From Nitrospirota bacterium (GTDB taxonomy: Bacteria > Nitrospirota > Thermodesulfovibrionia > Thermodesulfovibrionales > JdFR-85), in NCBI GenBank assembly GCA_035873375.1, contig JAYWMQ010000017.1:728-64727 (forward strand): 64,000 nucleotides of DNA, read 5' to 3'. The translations under genes and the position numbers were made by a program. Under the pieces are notes generated by a model. It made no database searches. It was not told the DNA's origin and worked only from the letters and a program-made list of their open reading frames with translations. Below are positions 7,673 through 17,045 of the stretch, one piece after another. Every line of letters begins with the position of its first letter. Position 1 is the first letter of the stretch.

Positions 7673-9628
7673 ATGGAGGAAGTTGTGGGGAAGAATATTG
7701 TACATAAGATTTTTGAGGCTCACCTTGTAAAGGGTGAGCTTAAAAAAGGGGAAACTGTCTCCCTGAGAGTGGATGAAGTCTATACACAGGATGCTACAGG
7801 CACCATGGCCTGGCTCCAGTTTGAGGCTATGGTGCTTGAAAGGGTAAAGGGCCCCCTTGCGGTGAGCTATGTTGACCATAACATGATTCAATCCAACCAC
7901 ATGAATCCTGATGACCACCTTTTCCTGCAGACCGCAGCGGCAAGGTTCGGCGCCTGGTTTTCAAAGCCCGGCAACGGAATATGCCATCAGGTCAATCTTG
8001 AGAGGTTTGCAAGCCCGGGCTGGATTACCCTCGGAACCGACAGCCATACACCGACAAACGGCGGCATGGGTATGATTGCCATCGGGGTTGGCGGGCTGGA
8101 TGCCGCCACAGCTATGGCTGGGATGCCCTTTGAGATAAAAATGCCGGAGGTAGTGCTTGTAAGGCTTGCAGGTAGACTCAGGCGGCCCTCGGCTACAGCC
8201 ATGGAAGTCATTCTTGAACTCCTGAGGAGGCTTACAGTCAAGGGTGGAGTGGGAAAGATTTTTGAGTATGGCGGCCCGGGGGTCGCTGACCTCAATGTCA
8301 CGGAAAGGGCAACCATTACAAACATGGGCGCAGAACTTGGCGCTACCACATCCGTTTTTCCGTCTGATGAAAGAACAGCACACTTCCTCAGGGCACAGGG
8401 CAGAGAAGAAGACTGGTCGGAACTCAGGGCAGACGAAGGTGCTCAATATGACGGGGTTGTCGAGATAGATCTGAGCAGCCTTGAGCCCCTGATTGCCCAG
8501 CCACATAGTCCGGACAATGTTGTCAGGATCAGGGATATCTCGGGCAAAAAGGTACATCAGGTATGTATCGGAAGCTGTACAAACTCCTCCTATCAGGCGA
8601 TGAGGGCAGTTGCATCGATCCTGCGAGGAAACAGGATTGCAGAACATGTGAGCCTTCATATAAATCCCGGGTCAAAACAGGTCTATGAGATGATCGCACG
8701 GGATGGCTCCCTGTCGGACATGATAGCCGCCGGTGCAAGGATGCTCGAGGCCTCATGTGGGCCCTGCATCGGGATGGGTGGGTCTCCCGGCACAGGACAT
8801 GTCTCCGTAAGGTCTTACAACAGGAATTTCAGGGGCCGCTGCGGCAACAAGGATGCCTCTGTCTTCCTCGCCAATCCCCTCGCCTGTGCCGTGATGGCAC
8901 TAAAGGGAGAGATAGTCGACCCGACTGAGACAGGCCTTGTGGTGGATGAGTTTACTGAACCGGAGGCCGCCCTTGTTAATGACAATATGCTCCTTGCACC
9001 ATTGGATGACGGCTCCGGAGTTGAGATAATAAAGGGCCCGAATATAAAAGAGGTGCCCCTCAAAGAGCCTGTAAAGGATGAGATAAGGGCTGAGGTACTC
9101 ATAAAGCTTGGAGACAATGTTACAACAGATGATATAATGCCTGCAGGTTCCCAGATACTGCCCTTCAGGTCAAATATCCCGGCGATCTCAGAATATGTCT
9201 TCTATAATATTGATTCAACCTTTGCAGAGAGGGCCAAAAAGGCAAAAGAGCACGGTGGCGGGATAATCATGGGGGGCGAAAACTATGGACAGGGCTCCTC
9301 AAGAGAGCATGCCGCCATTGCACCAATGTATCTTGGCATACAGGCAGTGATTGCAAAGTCTTTTGCAAGGATTCACAGGGCAAACCTGATAAACTTCGGT
9401 ATACTTCCCCTGATATTCACCAACCCGGGGGATATGGATAAAACAGACGAGGGGGATGTGTTGAGCATTACCGGGGTCGGGAGCTCTCTCATCACCAACC
9501 AGGAATACAGGGTAAATAACCTTACAAAGGGTCTGGAGTTTACCGTCTTCACTGACCTGAGTGAGCGTGACCGTGTCCTCCTGCTTTCCGGAGGACTGCT
9601 GTCTTTTGTAAAAAAACAGCTATCTTAA
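7673..9628 (+). CDS. aconitate hydratase (short ~650-aa form)
   Basis: 651 aa. Aconitase blocks: DEVYTQDATG, GTDSHT, the Fe-S Cys ligands IGSCTNSS and CGPCIGMG, and a swivel domain with GENYGQGSSREHAA. An alternative GTG start at 7685 has a better GGAGG RBS. Confidence 0.9.
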   Translation: MEEVVGKNIVHKIFEAHLVKGELKKGETVSLRVDEVYTQDATGTMAWLQFEAMVLERVKGPLAVSYVDHNMIQSNHMNPDDHLFLQTAAARFGAWFSKPGNGICHQVNLERFASPGWITLGTDSHTPTNGGMGMIAIGVGGLDAATAMAGMPFEIKMPEVVLVRLAGRLRRPSATAMEVILELLRRLTVKGGVGKIFEYGGPGVADLNVTERATITNMGAELGATTSVFPSDERTAHFLRAQGREEDWSELRADEGAQYDGVVEIDLSSLEPLIAQPHSPDNVVRIRDISGKKVHQVCIGSCTNSSYQAMRAVASILRGNRIAEHVSLHINPGSKQVYEMIARDGSLSDMIAAGARMLEASCGPCIGMGGSPGTGHVSVRSYNRNFRGRCGNKDASVFLANPLACAVMALKGEIVDPTETGLVVDEFTEPEAALVNDNMLLAPLDDGSGVEIIKGPNIKEVPLKEPVKDEIRAEVLIKLGDNVTTDDIMPAGSQILPFRSNIPAISEYVFYNIDSTFAERAKKAKEHGGGIIMGGENYGQGSSREHAAIAPMYLGIQAVIAKSFARIHRANLINFGILPLIFTNPGDMDKTDEGDVLSITGVGSSLITNQEYRVNNLTKGLEFTVFTDLSERDRVLLLSGGLLSFVKKQLS

Positions 9629-9703
9629 CAAAACCAGTGATAAAAGGTTGTTGGAAGCGATATGATAGACTCTTCACTGTGGATATAACCATCGATTAAG
9701 GAA

Positions 9704-9857
9704 AGCATGAGGAGAGTAGTTGAAAAAATTCATTTTCGATACCTTAATATACGGTTCATCAAGCTCCAGCCTTTAGTCTGACAGGCAAAAGACTTCAGAC
9801 TGTATTAATGGATGTTTATCGAGTTAATGAATTTTCTTCAGTTGCTCTCCTCATGCT
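9704..9857 (+). ncRNA. 154-nt rod-like imperfect hairpin (candidate structured RNA or processing/termination element) between aconitase and recQ
   Basis: AGCATGAGGAGAGTAGTTGAAAAAATTCATT..TCGATA (9704-9741) pairs with TATCGA..AATGAATTTTCTTCAGTTGCTCTCCTCATGCT (9817-9857). All three substitutions in the outer 21-bp stem are G-U compatible only on the plus strand. The apical hairpin is AGTCTGA/TCAGACT. Confidence 0.45.
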
Positions 9858-9902
9858 GACACGGGTAAAATTACACAACTCAAGTTGAATTTAAAGGTAA
9901 AC

Positions 9903-12062
9903 ATGTTTGATACATTAAAAAGGGTTTTTGGTTTTCAGGCCTTCCGTCCGAATCAGGAAGAGATTATAAAGAATATCCTGAAGGGCAGGGATGTTTTTGC
10001 TGTGATGCCCACAGGGGGTGGAAAATCGCTATGCTATCAATTACCCGCCAGGATAATGCAGGGGACAGTGGTTGTTGTAAGTCCCCTTATTGCGCTGATG
10101 AAGGACCAGGTTGATGCTGCCCTGGAAAACGGCATCTCCACGGCCTTTATAAACAGTTCCCTCAAACCCCGGGAAATGTCCGAAGTTTATCAAAGGCTGA
10201 GAAATCATGCCCTGGAGCTCCTCTACATTGCACCTGAACGCTTTGCAATGCCTGATTTCATTGAAACACTGAAAAACATCCCCGTCTCCCTTTTTGCCAT
10301 AGACGAGGCACATTGCATCTCTGAGTGGGGGCACGACTTCCGCCCTGATTACCTGAGACTCTCCAGTATTACCAGCGTCTTCCCAAATATTCCGGTTGCA
10401 GCCTTTACAGCCACGGCAACCCCCGGGGTTCAGGAAGATATAATCAGTAAAATCGGGCTCAGATCCCCATATACGGTACGTGCCTCATTTAACCGTCAGA
10501 ACCTTTTTTACCGGGTAACAGGAAAGACTGCAATAGAATCACAGATACTGGAATTCCTTGGCGGGCATACTGATGAGTCCGGCATCATTTACTGCACTAC
10601 ACGTGATTCCGTTGTCAAAATGGCTGACTTTCTGACAGCCAACGGTATTAAGGCCCTGCCCTACCATGCAGGATTGACGCCTGAGCAAAGGAAGAGGAAC
10701 CAGGAGGCCTTCAGCAGGGATGAGTTGACGGTAATTGTGGCAACGATTGCCTTTGGTATGGGAATAGACAAGTCAAATGTCCGTTTTGTCATTCATGCGG
10801 ACTTGCCGAAAAATATCGAGAGCTATTACCAGGAGACAGGACGAGCCGGGCGTGACGGTGAGCCCGCCTGGTGCATACTCTTCTTCAGCAGGGGAGACAT
10901 TCCGAAAATCAGATACTTTATTGATCAGATACCTGAAGACAAAGAGCGGACAATCGCCACAGAGAAACTGAATCAGATGGCAAGGTATGCATCACATAAT
11001 GTCTGCAGGCGCAAACACCTGCTCGGATATTTTGGAGAGGAATACGGGGATGAAAATTGCGGGGCATGCGATATTTGCACCGGCACTGTTGAAAAGGTTG
11101 ACATCACGATTGATGCACAGATACTGATGTCTGCCATGTCAAGGACTGGTCAGCGCTTTGGGATCAGGCATATCATTGATATTGTTACAGGAGCCAATAC
11201 AAAGCGTATCCGGGAGCTTCAGCACAACACCATAAAAACCTACGGGGCAGGCAGTCACAAGGATAAAAACCACTGGAGGTTCCTCGTTGATGAACTCCTT
11301 GCCCAGGACGTTATACGCCAGGATGGTGATAAGTATCCGGTACTGAAACTCACGGAAAAAGGTCAAAGCGTACTCTACGGAAAAGAGAAACTTACGGCAT
11401 TGAAAAGGGAGGAGACAAAGACAAGCCGCCGTACCGTACAGGACGATGAATTTAAGTCCTTTGACAAGGACCTCTTCAAGAGACTCAGGGTTTTGCGGAA
11501 AACCCTTGCTGAAGAGCAGCAGGTCCCTCCGTATATAATATTTTCAGACAGGAGCCTTCATGAGATGTGCAGGTATTATCCCGCAACCCTGCCGGACATG
11601 AAAAGGATCAGCGGGGTCGGGGATGCCAAGCTTGAACGCTACGGAGACGATTTTATAATGGAGATAAAGGCATACCTGAACGAAAACCCCGGTGTCCCGG
11701 TTCCTGATAATGAATATTCTGCCTTGCCTGTCAATCCGTTACGGAAGAAGGGAAAGGGAGAAACCGTTGAAAAAACATATGAGCTTTTCAGGGAGGGCCT
11801 GTCATTGGAAGGGATTGCAGAGACGCGTAATCTTTCGATATCCACAATCACGGGGCATCTTGAACAACTGATAAGAGATGGCCGTGACATAGATATAGAC
11901 CGTATCGTTGACCCCGCAAGGCGAAATAGCGTGGAAAAGCTTTTTTTGACCCTCCAGGTCTGGAACCTGAGGCCTGTTGTCGAACATTTTAATGGTACGG
12001 TAAGCTTTGAAGAGGCAAAAATTATAAGGGCCTCCCTGCAGCAGAAACAGGCAAATTTATAA
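9903..12062 (+). CDS. recQ: ATP-dependent DNA helicase RecQ
   Basis: The ORF begins at TTG 9885; the ATG at 9903 (MFDTLKRVFGF...) is the classic RecQ start. It has PTGGGKSLCYQ, DEAHCISEWGHDFRP, a zinc-binding Cys cluster, an HRDC domain, and an extra C-terminal wHTH-like tail. Confidence 0.93.
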   Translation: MFDTLKRVFGFQAFRPNQEEIIKNILKGRDVFAVMPTGGGKSLCYQLPARIMQGTVVVVSPLIALMKDQVDAALENGISTAFINSSLKPREMSEVYQRLRNHALELLYIAPERFAMPDFIETLKNIPVSLFAIDEAHCISEWGHDFRPDYLRLSSITSVFPNIPVAAFTATATPGVQEDIISKIGLRSPYTVRASFNRQNLFYRVTGKTAIESQILEFLGGHTDESGIIYCTTRDSVVKMADFLTANGIKALPYHAGLTPEQRKRNQEAFSRDELTVIVATIAFGMGIDKSNVRFVIHADLPKNIESYYQETGRAGRDGEPAWCILFFSRGDIPKIRYFIDQIPEDKERTIATEKLNQMARYASHNVCRRKHLLGYFGEEYGDENCGACDICTGTVEKVDITIDAQILMSAMSRTGQRFGIRHIIDIVTGANTKRIRELQHNTIKTYGAGSHKDKNHWRFLVDELLAQDVIRQDGDKYPVLKLTEKGQSVLYGKEKLTALKREETKTSRRTVQDDEFKSFDKDLFKRLRVLRKTLAEEQQVPPYIIFSDRSLHEMCRYYPATLPDMKRISGVGDAKLERYGDDFIMEIKAYLNENPGVPVPDNEYSALPVNPLRKKGKGETVEKTYELFREGLSLEGIAETRNLSISTITGHLEQLIRDGRDIDIDRIVDPARRNSVEKLFLTLQVWNLRPVVEHFNGTVSFEEAKIIRASLQQKQANL

Positions 12063-12285
12063 ATCTGTGATATAATATAAACAATAGCAGTCGTTGCAGA
12101 TAAAGAAAAAATTTCTCTAAATCTCATTGCCAAAATTCCTGCAAAAAACAGAACAACCCGAACCCGGCAATAAATGGTTGTTGAAAGCGTTATGATGGAG
12201 ACTTTTTATCACGGGAGCGGGGATTAACATAAACAGAAAATCCTGTAGTTTTAATCTCAGCAACATCATCAGAGGAGGAAGGGAA

Positions 12286-14247
12286 ATGAAAGGCATAAGA
12301 AACATTTTGTTTGCAGCGCTGGTCAGTTTCCTGGTCTTGGGATTCGCAGGCACAAGTTTCGGCCAGGGCCCTTTTGTGAAAGACGAAATCGTCGTTAAAT
12401 TCAAGCCGGGGGTCACAGGGGAAACGATTGAAAAGATAAACCGGGGTCATGGTACATCCGTCTTTTACGTAAGCAAGCAGGGGAGATTCAGCCGCCTTAA
12501 GGTCCCTGCCGGAAAGAGCGTTGAAGAGCTGGTGGATATTTACAATAAAAACCCCTACGTTGAATATGCAGAACCAAACTATATTGCTCACGCCTTCTGG
12601 ATACCCAACGACCCTTTATACCCCTACCAATGGAACTTCTATAATGACAAATACGGTGGAATCAATATGGAATCTGCCTGGGAGGTCAGCACAGGTGACA
12701 GCAGCGTGGTAGTTGCAGTAATAGATACAGGTGTGGCTTACGAGGACTATATTGACAGTTCTGCAAGAGGAAGGAACAGGACTGTAACTTATGAACAGGC
12801 CCCTGACCTGGCTGAAACAAATTTCGCACCCGGTTATGATTTTGTCAATGATGACTCTCACCCTAATGACGACGAAGGGCACGGCACCCATGTTACGGGT
12901 ACCATAGCTCAAAGCACAAACAATAATACAGGTGTGGCAGGAATAGCCTTCAATACCTCCATCATGCCGGTAAAGGTCCTGGACAGCAGAGGGTCCGGCA
13001 CCTATACCGAGATTGCGGATGGAATCTATTTTGCCGCCAATAACGGTGCAGATGTAATCAATATGAGTTTAGGAGGGTCCAGTGCATCCACTACCCTGGA
13101 AGATGCCCTTGCTTATGCTTACAACAAAGGTGTAACCATTGTAGCTGCAGCCGGCAATGATGGTACAGACGTTATCAGCTATCCTGCTGCTTATAATGCT
13201 TACGTCATTGCAGTAGGCGCTACCCGGTATGATGAAACATTGTCTTATTATTCCAACTACGGCCCTGGCCTGGATCTGGTCGCTCCGGGAGGAGACACAA
13301 ATGTAGACCAGAATGGCGATGGATACGGAGACGGTATCCTTCAGCAGACCTTTGGAAGCAGCCCAACAGATTGGGGCTATTATTACTACCAGGGCACCTC
13401 CATGGCCACTCCGCATGTTGCCGGGGTTGCCGCCCTTGTAATCGCTTCAGGTGTTACCGGGCCGGATAATGTCAGGCAGGTCCTGCAGAGCACAGCCAAG
13501 GACCTGGGGGCGCCGGGATGGGATAAGACTTACGGATGGGGAAGGGTGGATGCCGCTGCAGCGCTGGGATACACACCAGAGCCTGTTCATAATGTTGCAG
13601 TAACGAAGATCACTGCTCCTGACTCAGCCTTTTCGGGAGACACGGTATCTATTGACGTAACCGTGGCAAACCCCGGCGATTTTTATGAAACCTTCACCTT
13701 AACCCTAACCGACGTCACAGACGGCGTGGAGATAGGCTCCAGATCAGTTGCCCTCACTTCAGGTACCTCAACAACAGAGACCTTTTACTGGGATACCCTC
13801 AATGCCACCCTGGGAGACCATGTCCTGAAGGCCAGCGCCTCTGTTGTTGCAGGGGAGACAAACACCTCTGATAACTCAAAAAGCGTTACGGTTACCATTA
13901 CCAATGTTGTTGAACAGCCTTCCATGCACGTAGCAAGTATTAACATGGCACTCCAGACAACATCAAGAAGGAACATCACCTCAGCACTGGCGACTGTCAC
14001 CATTGTAGATGCCTATGGGGCTCCGGTTGCCGGAGCAACAGTCTCAGGTTACTGGAGCGGGGCCACATCTGATTCTGACTATGGCACAACAAACACGGCA
14101 GGGAAAGTAACACTGGTCTCGGACGGGATAAGAAGACCGGCAAGCGGAACGACCTTTACCTTTACTGTACGAGATGTAACATTGAGTGGCTGGATATATA
14201 ACCCCGATGCCAACATAGAGACTCGAGATTCCATAACCGTTCCGTAA
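12286..14247 (+). CDS. secreted S8 (subtilisin-family) serine peptidase with C-terminal beta-sandwich repeats
   Basis: 653 aa. Signal peptide. The catalytic triad sits in VAVIDTGV, HGTHVTG and GTSMATPHVAG. GAGGAGG RBS. Confidence 0.92.
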   Translation: MKGIRNILFAALVSFLVLGFAGTSFGQGPFVKDEIVVKFKPGVTGETIEKINRGHGTSVFYVSKQGRFSRLKVPAGKSVEELVDIYNKNPYVEYAEPNYIAHAFWIPNDPLYPYQWNFYNDKYGGINMESAWEVSTGDSSVVVAVIDTGVAYEDYIDSSARGRNRTVTYEQAPDLAETNFAPGYDFVNDDSHPNDDEGHGTHVTGTIAQSTNNNTGVAGIAFNTSIMPVKVLDSRGSGTYTEIADGIYFAANNGADVINMSLGGSSASTTLEDALAYAYNKGVTIVAAAGNDGTDVISYPAAYNAYVIAVGATRYDETLSYYSNYGPGLDLVAPGGDTNVDQNGDGYGDGILQQTFGSSPTDWGYYYYQGTSMATPHVAGVAALVIASGVTGPDNVRQVLQSTAKDLGAPGWDKTYGWGRVDAAAALGYTPEPVHNVAVTKITAPDSAFSGDTVSIDVTVANPGDFYETFTLTLTDVTDGVEIGSRSVALTSGTSTTETFYWDTLNATLGDHVLKASASVVAGETNTSDNSKSVTVTITNVVEQPSMHVASINMALQTTSRRNITSALATVTIVDAYGAPVAGATVSGYWSGATSDSDYGTTNTAGKVTLVSDGIRRPASGTTFTFTVRDVTLSGWIYNPDANIETRDSITVP

Positions 14248-14265
14248 AAGAGATGATTTTTTCCC

Positions 14266-14310
14266 GACCCCGCCGTCGTCGACTGAATGACAAGTCCACG
14301 GCGGCGGGTC
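14266..14310 (+). terminator. GC-rich hairpin between convergent S8 and M6 protease genes (terminator, possibly bidirectional)
   Basis: GACCCCGCCGTCGTCGACT / AGTCCACGGCGGCGGGTC gives about 17 pairs with an 8-nt loop, followed by AGTTTTC on the plus strand. Confidence 0.6.
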
Positions 14311-14316
14311 AGTTTT

Positions 14317-16632
14317 CTACTGAACTGCTGCTCTACGTATTCTACGTATTACAAGTACAACAAGGAACATTCCGGCTGCAATTGCAGCTCCAGGATATTT
14401 TATACCGTAAACCAGGGGCGTCAATGCCAACCTGGTAGCCGCCCTCAGTCCCTCATTCGCCCTTATGTAATCAGCTACAGGCGGAGAATATCTGTAGTAG
14501 AGCCTCACAAACTTCCTTCCAATAATATTGGGGACCTTAAACCTGAGATCTAAAATCCGGAATCTGAAATCCGGAATAAGCCATCTGTCCCTGAACTCCC
14601 TTAAAACCTTAACATGCGGGTCAAGGTAACTGCCGTATGCTGCTGTCGCAATAAAGCAGTCCCAGTTATCACCGGCAGCCCCTGCCAAACCTTTCAGGGA
14701 TACCTCTGCATCAGGTGTATCAGGGTCATTGGATGGTATAACAAGGGTTGCTTCCTTTAATCCATATGAAGTAGCCGAAAAAATCAGATCAACCTTACAG
14801 TTTTCCCGGGGCGCTATGGTCAGATCTGAACACTCATCCTGCCGGATGACAAAATCCTGCATATCTCTACCTTGAATGCTGATCGTGCCTGTCACCAGAG
14901 GTGTTTGCCCTGAGTTGGTAACAGTTAAGCTTCGGGATAAGGGGTTATCACTCAACTCTACGATTCCAAAATCGATTGATAATGGATCAACCGATATATT
15001 TGGATACACTGAAAGGGTTGCCGTCATGGTTGACTGAGGAGGACTGATTGAAGTTACCTCAGCTATATTGCTCAGACCACTGTATAACTGACTGGCCGGA
15101 GTGCTGGAGCCTGTAAAAGACGTATTATTCGTAGAACCGGGATAAAGGTCGCCGTCATCCCCGCTGTTATTCCGTCTCTCAAGATCCCAATTGCCGTCGG
15201 CCTGCACAACGGAAACCTTGTAATGGTTTTTCGAACAGTCAGCGGGTGGAGAACATTCATTGTTATTATCTGGCCGGCTTTCGTCTATATGCCATATGGC
15301 AAGTCCCTCTCCCGGCAATCCCTCATCAAAAGTACCACTTACACGATACCGGTTTTCAACCAGAAAATATTCGCCACCGGTAGCCGGACTCCCGGGGAGA
15401 AGCTGATACACATCCATCGCTGTGGCTGCCGAATCAATTGCCTCATTAGTGAGGCTGTCTGTAACCTGAGTCGGAGCTATCCATCCAAGGCGGTATTTGC
15501 TCCATGCCGACATATGTGCAGGGGTGTCTCCAAGGGTCGTTACATAGTTCCATGTGCCGGCACCCATCAAACCCCACTTGCCTATTCCGGACGAACTGCC
15601 ATCAGTATCGTAAAGGTCTGGTAGCCCCAGGGCATGGGCATACTCGTGGGTGAAGACACCTATCGTTGACTGTGCTGCCGAAGGAGTGGACTGATAAAGC
15701 TCCGGCATGATGATGTAGTTGTTAATAATATAACCGTCCGGACAGGCCGCATCTGAATCGGCCGTGGTATAGGCACCGTAGTTACTGTTCCCGGAGTTCC
15801 TGGCACTGGCGAGGTCCCAGCTATGGGACCATATATCTGTCGAGGATTCACCTACCTCCTCACCGGTACCCTGATGGACTATTCCCACTACATCCACGTA
15901 ACAGTTCCCGTCTGAATCATAGGCGGAAAAATCAACCGTGGCATCTGCTGCCACAACAGCCTCGTAAACGAGATCACCGGGCCACTTATCCCACCCCTTT
16001 GCATCATTAGTGCCATAGTAGTCATGAGTATTCGCCGCCGTGTACCATCCCACAACACTGGCCGGGCCGGGTGATATGCTGAAGGCACCGTAGGAGACCT
16101 CCTCGTAGTAGTCCTTCATGCTCTTGTTTCCTGTACCAAAAAGGAGGGTATCAAAATCCGGCGTGTTGTATATCGTTGTCGTATTATTAAAATTTATGAG
16201 GATGACGGGGATATTCGCAGTCCCTGAGGGAGGCACCACTCTTTGAGGCGTATTGGCAGATTTTACTGCCTTGTCCTGAGGGGTTTTCAGCGCGGCCTTT
16301 CCGGTCGGCCTGAGATGCAGTTTTAACCCAACGGGGAGTTCAATTTCAACAACCAGGGACGTAGGTGCAAGCCTTCCCTTGCCGTCTGTAGTGGCATAAA
16401 TCCAGTTTCCCGTAACTTTATCACGGATAACGGTATACCCGTCTAACGTCTCCCAACCGTGCGACCACTTGTCACCCCACTGCCGGGCAGGAAACTCGCT
16501 CCCGTCAGCCTGCCTGAGAATTTGCTCAACCGGGGCAGCCACAACCGCTTCGGCCTTCTCCATCCACATGAGTCCGATTAAAAAACAGACCTGAAATACA
16601 CAGACAACAATGCTAACCAATCCTGCCCTCAT
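14317..16632 (-). CDS. M6-family (immune inhibitor A-like) metalloprotease with a C-terminal [10 protein letters not shown]-type anchor domain
   Basis: 771 aa. Signal peptide and HEXXH in [16 protein letters not shown]. The C-terminal ~112 aa begin [10 protein letters not shown] and end with a hydrophobic helix plus RRIRRAAVQ. Confidence 0.9.
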   Translation of the reverse strand: MRAGLVSIVVCVFQVCFLIGLMWMEKAEAVVAAPVEQILRQADGSEFPARQWGDKWSHGWETLDGYTVIRDKVTGNWIYATTDGKGRLAPTSLVVEIELPVGLKLHLRPTGKAALKTPQDKAVKSANTPQRVVPPSGTANIPVILINFNNTTTIYNTPDFDTLLFGTGNKSMKDYYEEVSYGAFSISPGPASVVGWYTAANTHDYYGTNDAKGWDKWPGDLVYEAVVAADATVDFSAYDSDGNCYVDVVGIVHQGTGEEVGESSTDIWSHSWDLASARNSGNSNYGAYTTADSDAACPDGYIINNYIIMPELYQSTPSAAQSTIGVFTHEYAHALGLPDLYDTDGSSSGIGKWGLMGAGTWNYVTTLGDTPAHMSAWSKYRLGWIAPTQVTDSLTNEAIDSAATAMDVYQLLPGSPATGGEYFLVENRYRVSGTFDEGLPGEGLAIWHIDESRPDNNNECSPPADCSKNHYKVSVVQADGNWDLERRNNSGDDGDLYPGSTNNTSFTGSSTPASQLYSGLSNIAEVTSISPPQSTMTATLSVYPNISVDPLSIDFGIVELSDNPLSRSLTVTNSGQTPLVTGTISIQGRDMQDFVIRQDECSDLTIAPRENCKVDLIFSATSYGLKEATLVIPSNDPDTPDAEVSLKGLAGAAGDNWDCFIATAAYGSYLDPHVKVLREFRDRWLIPDFRFRILDLRFKVPNIIGRKFVRLYYRYSPPVADYIRANEGLRAATRLALTPLVYGIKYPGAAIAAGMFLVVLVIRRIRRAAVQ

Positions 16633-17009
16633 CTCATCTCTATATCCCTTACCCAGAAGAGACCTCCCCTTTCATCACCCCTGAACTGAACCCTTGCCCG
16701 CACCTTCCTGCCAAACAATTGCGGAGGCAGTTTCTCTTTTGTATAAAAAGGGATATCCTTACCAACCTTGTCCCTGAGGAAATCCGGCCCATTACCAACG
16801 GCTTTGGTCGTCTCAATGTATATGGTTATTCTGTAAAGGACCTGTTCAGGCTGAATACCTGCCAGCCTCGAGGAAACAATTGCATACTCGGATACCGTAC
16901 CTTCAACTATTGTTTCATTCGGAATAACAGGGACAGAAGCACACGAACCAATCATCAAGAGAGTAAAAAAGAGCGATACACAAAATACAACCGTTAGCCT
17001 TCTAATCAT
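16629..17009 (-). CDS. small lipoprotein of unknown function, translationally coupled to the M6 protease
   Basis: [25 protein letters not shown] has a lipobox (IGSC). Its stop overlaps the protease start (ATGA, 16629-16632). The track start at 17021 is TTG; the ATG at 17009 has a GGGGTG RBS. Confidence 0.6.
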   Translation of the reverse strand: MIRRLTVVFCVSLFFTLLMIGSCASVPVIPNETIVEGTVSEYAIVSSRLAGIQPEQVLYRITIYIETTKAVGNGPDFLRDKVGKDIPFYTKEKLPPQLFGRKVRARVQFRGDERGGLFWVRDIEMR

Positions 17010-17045
17010 ATCACACCCCAATAATCTTTAAAGGTTTTATATAGT

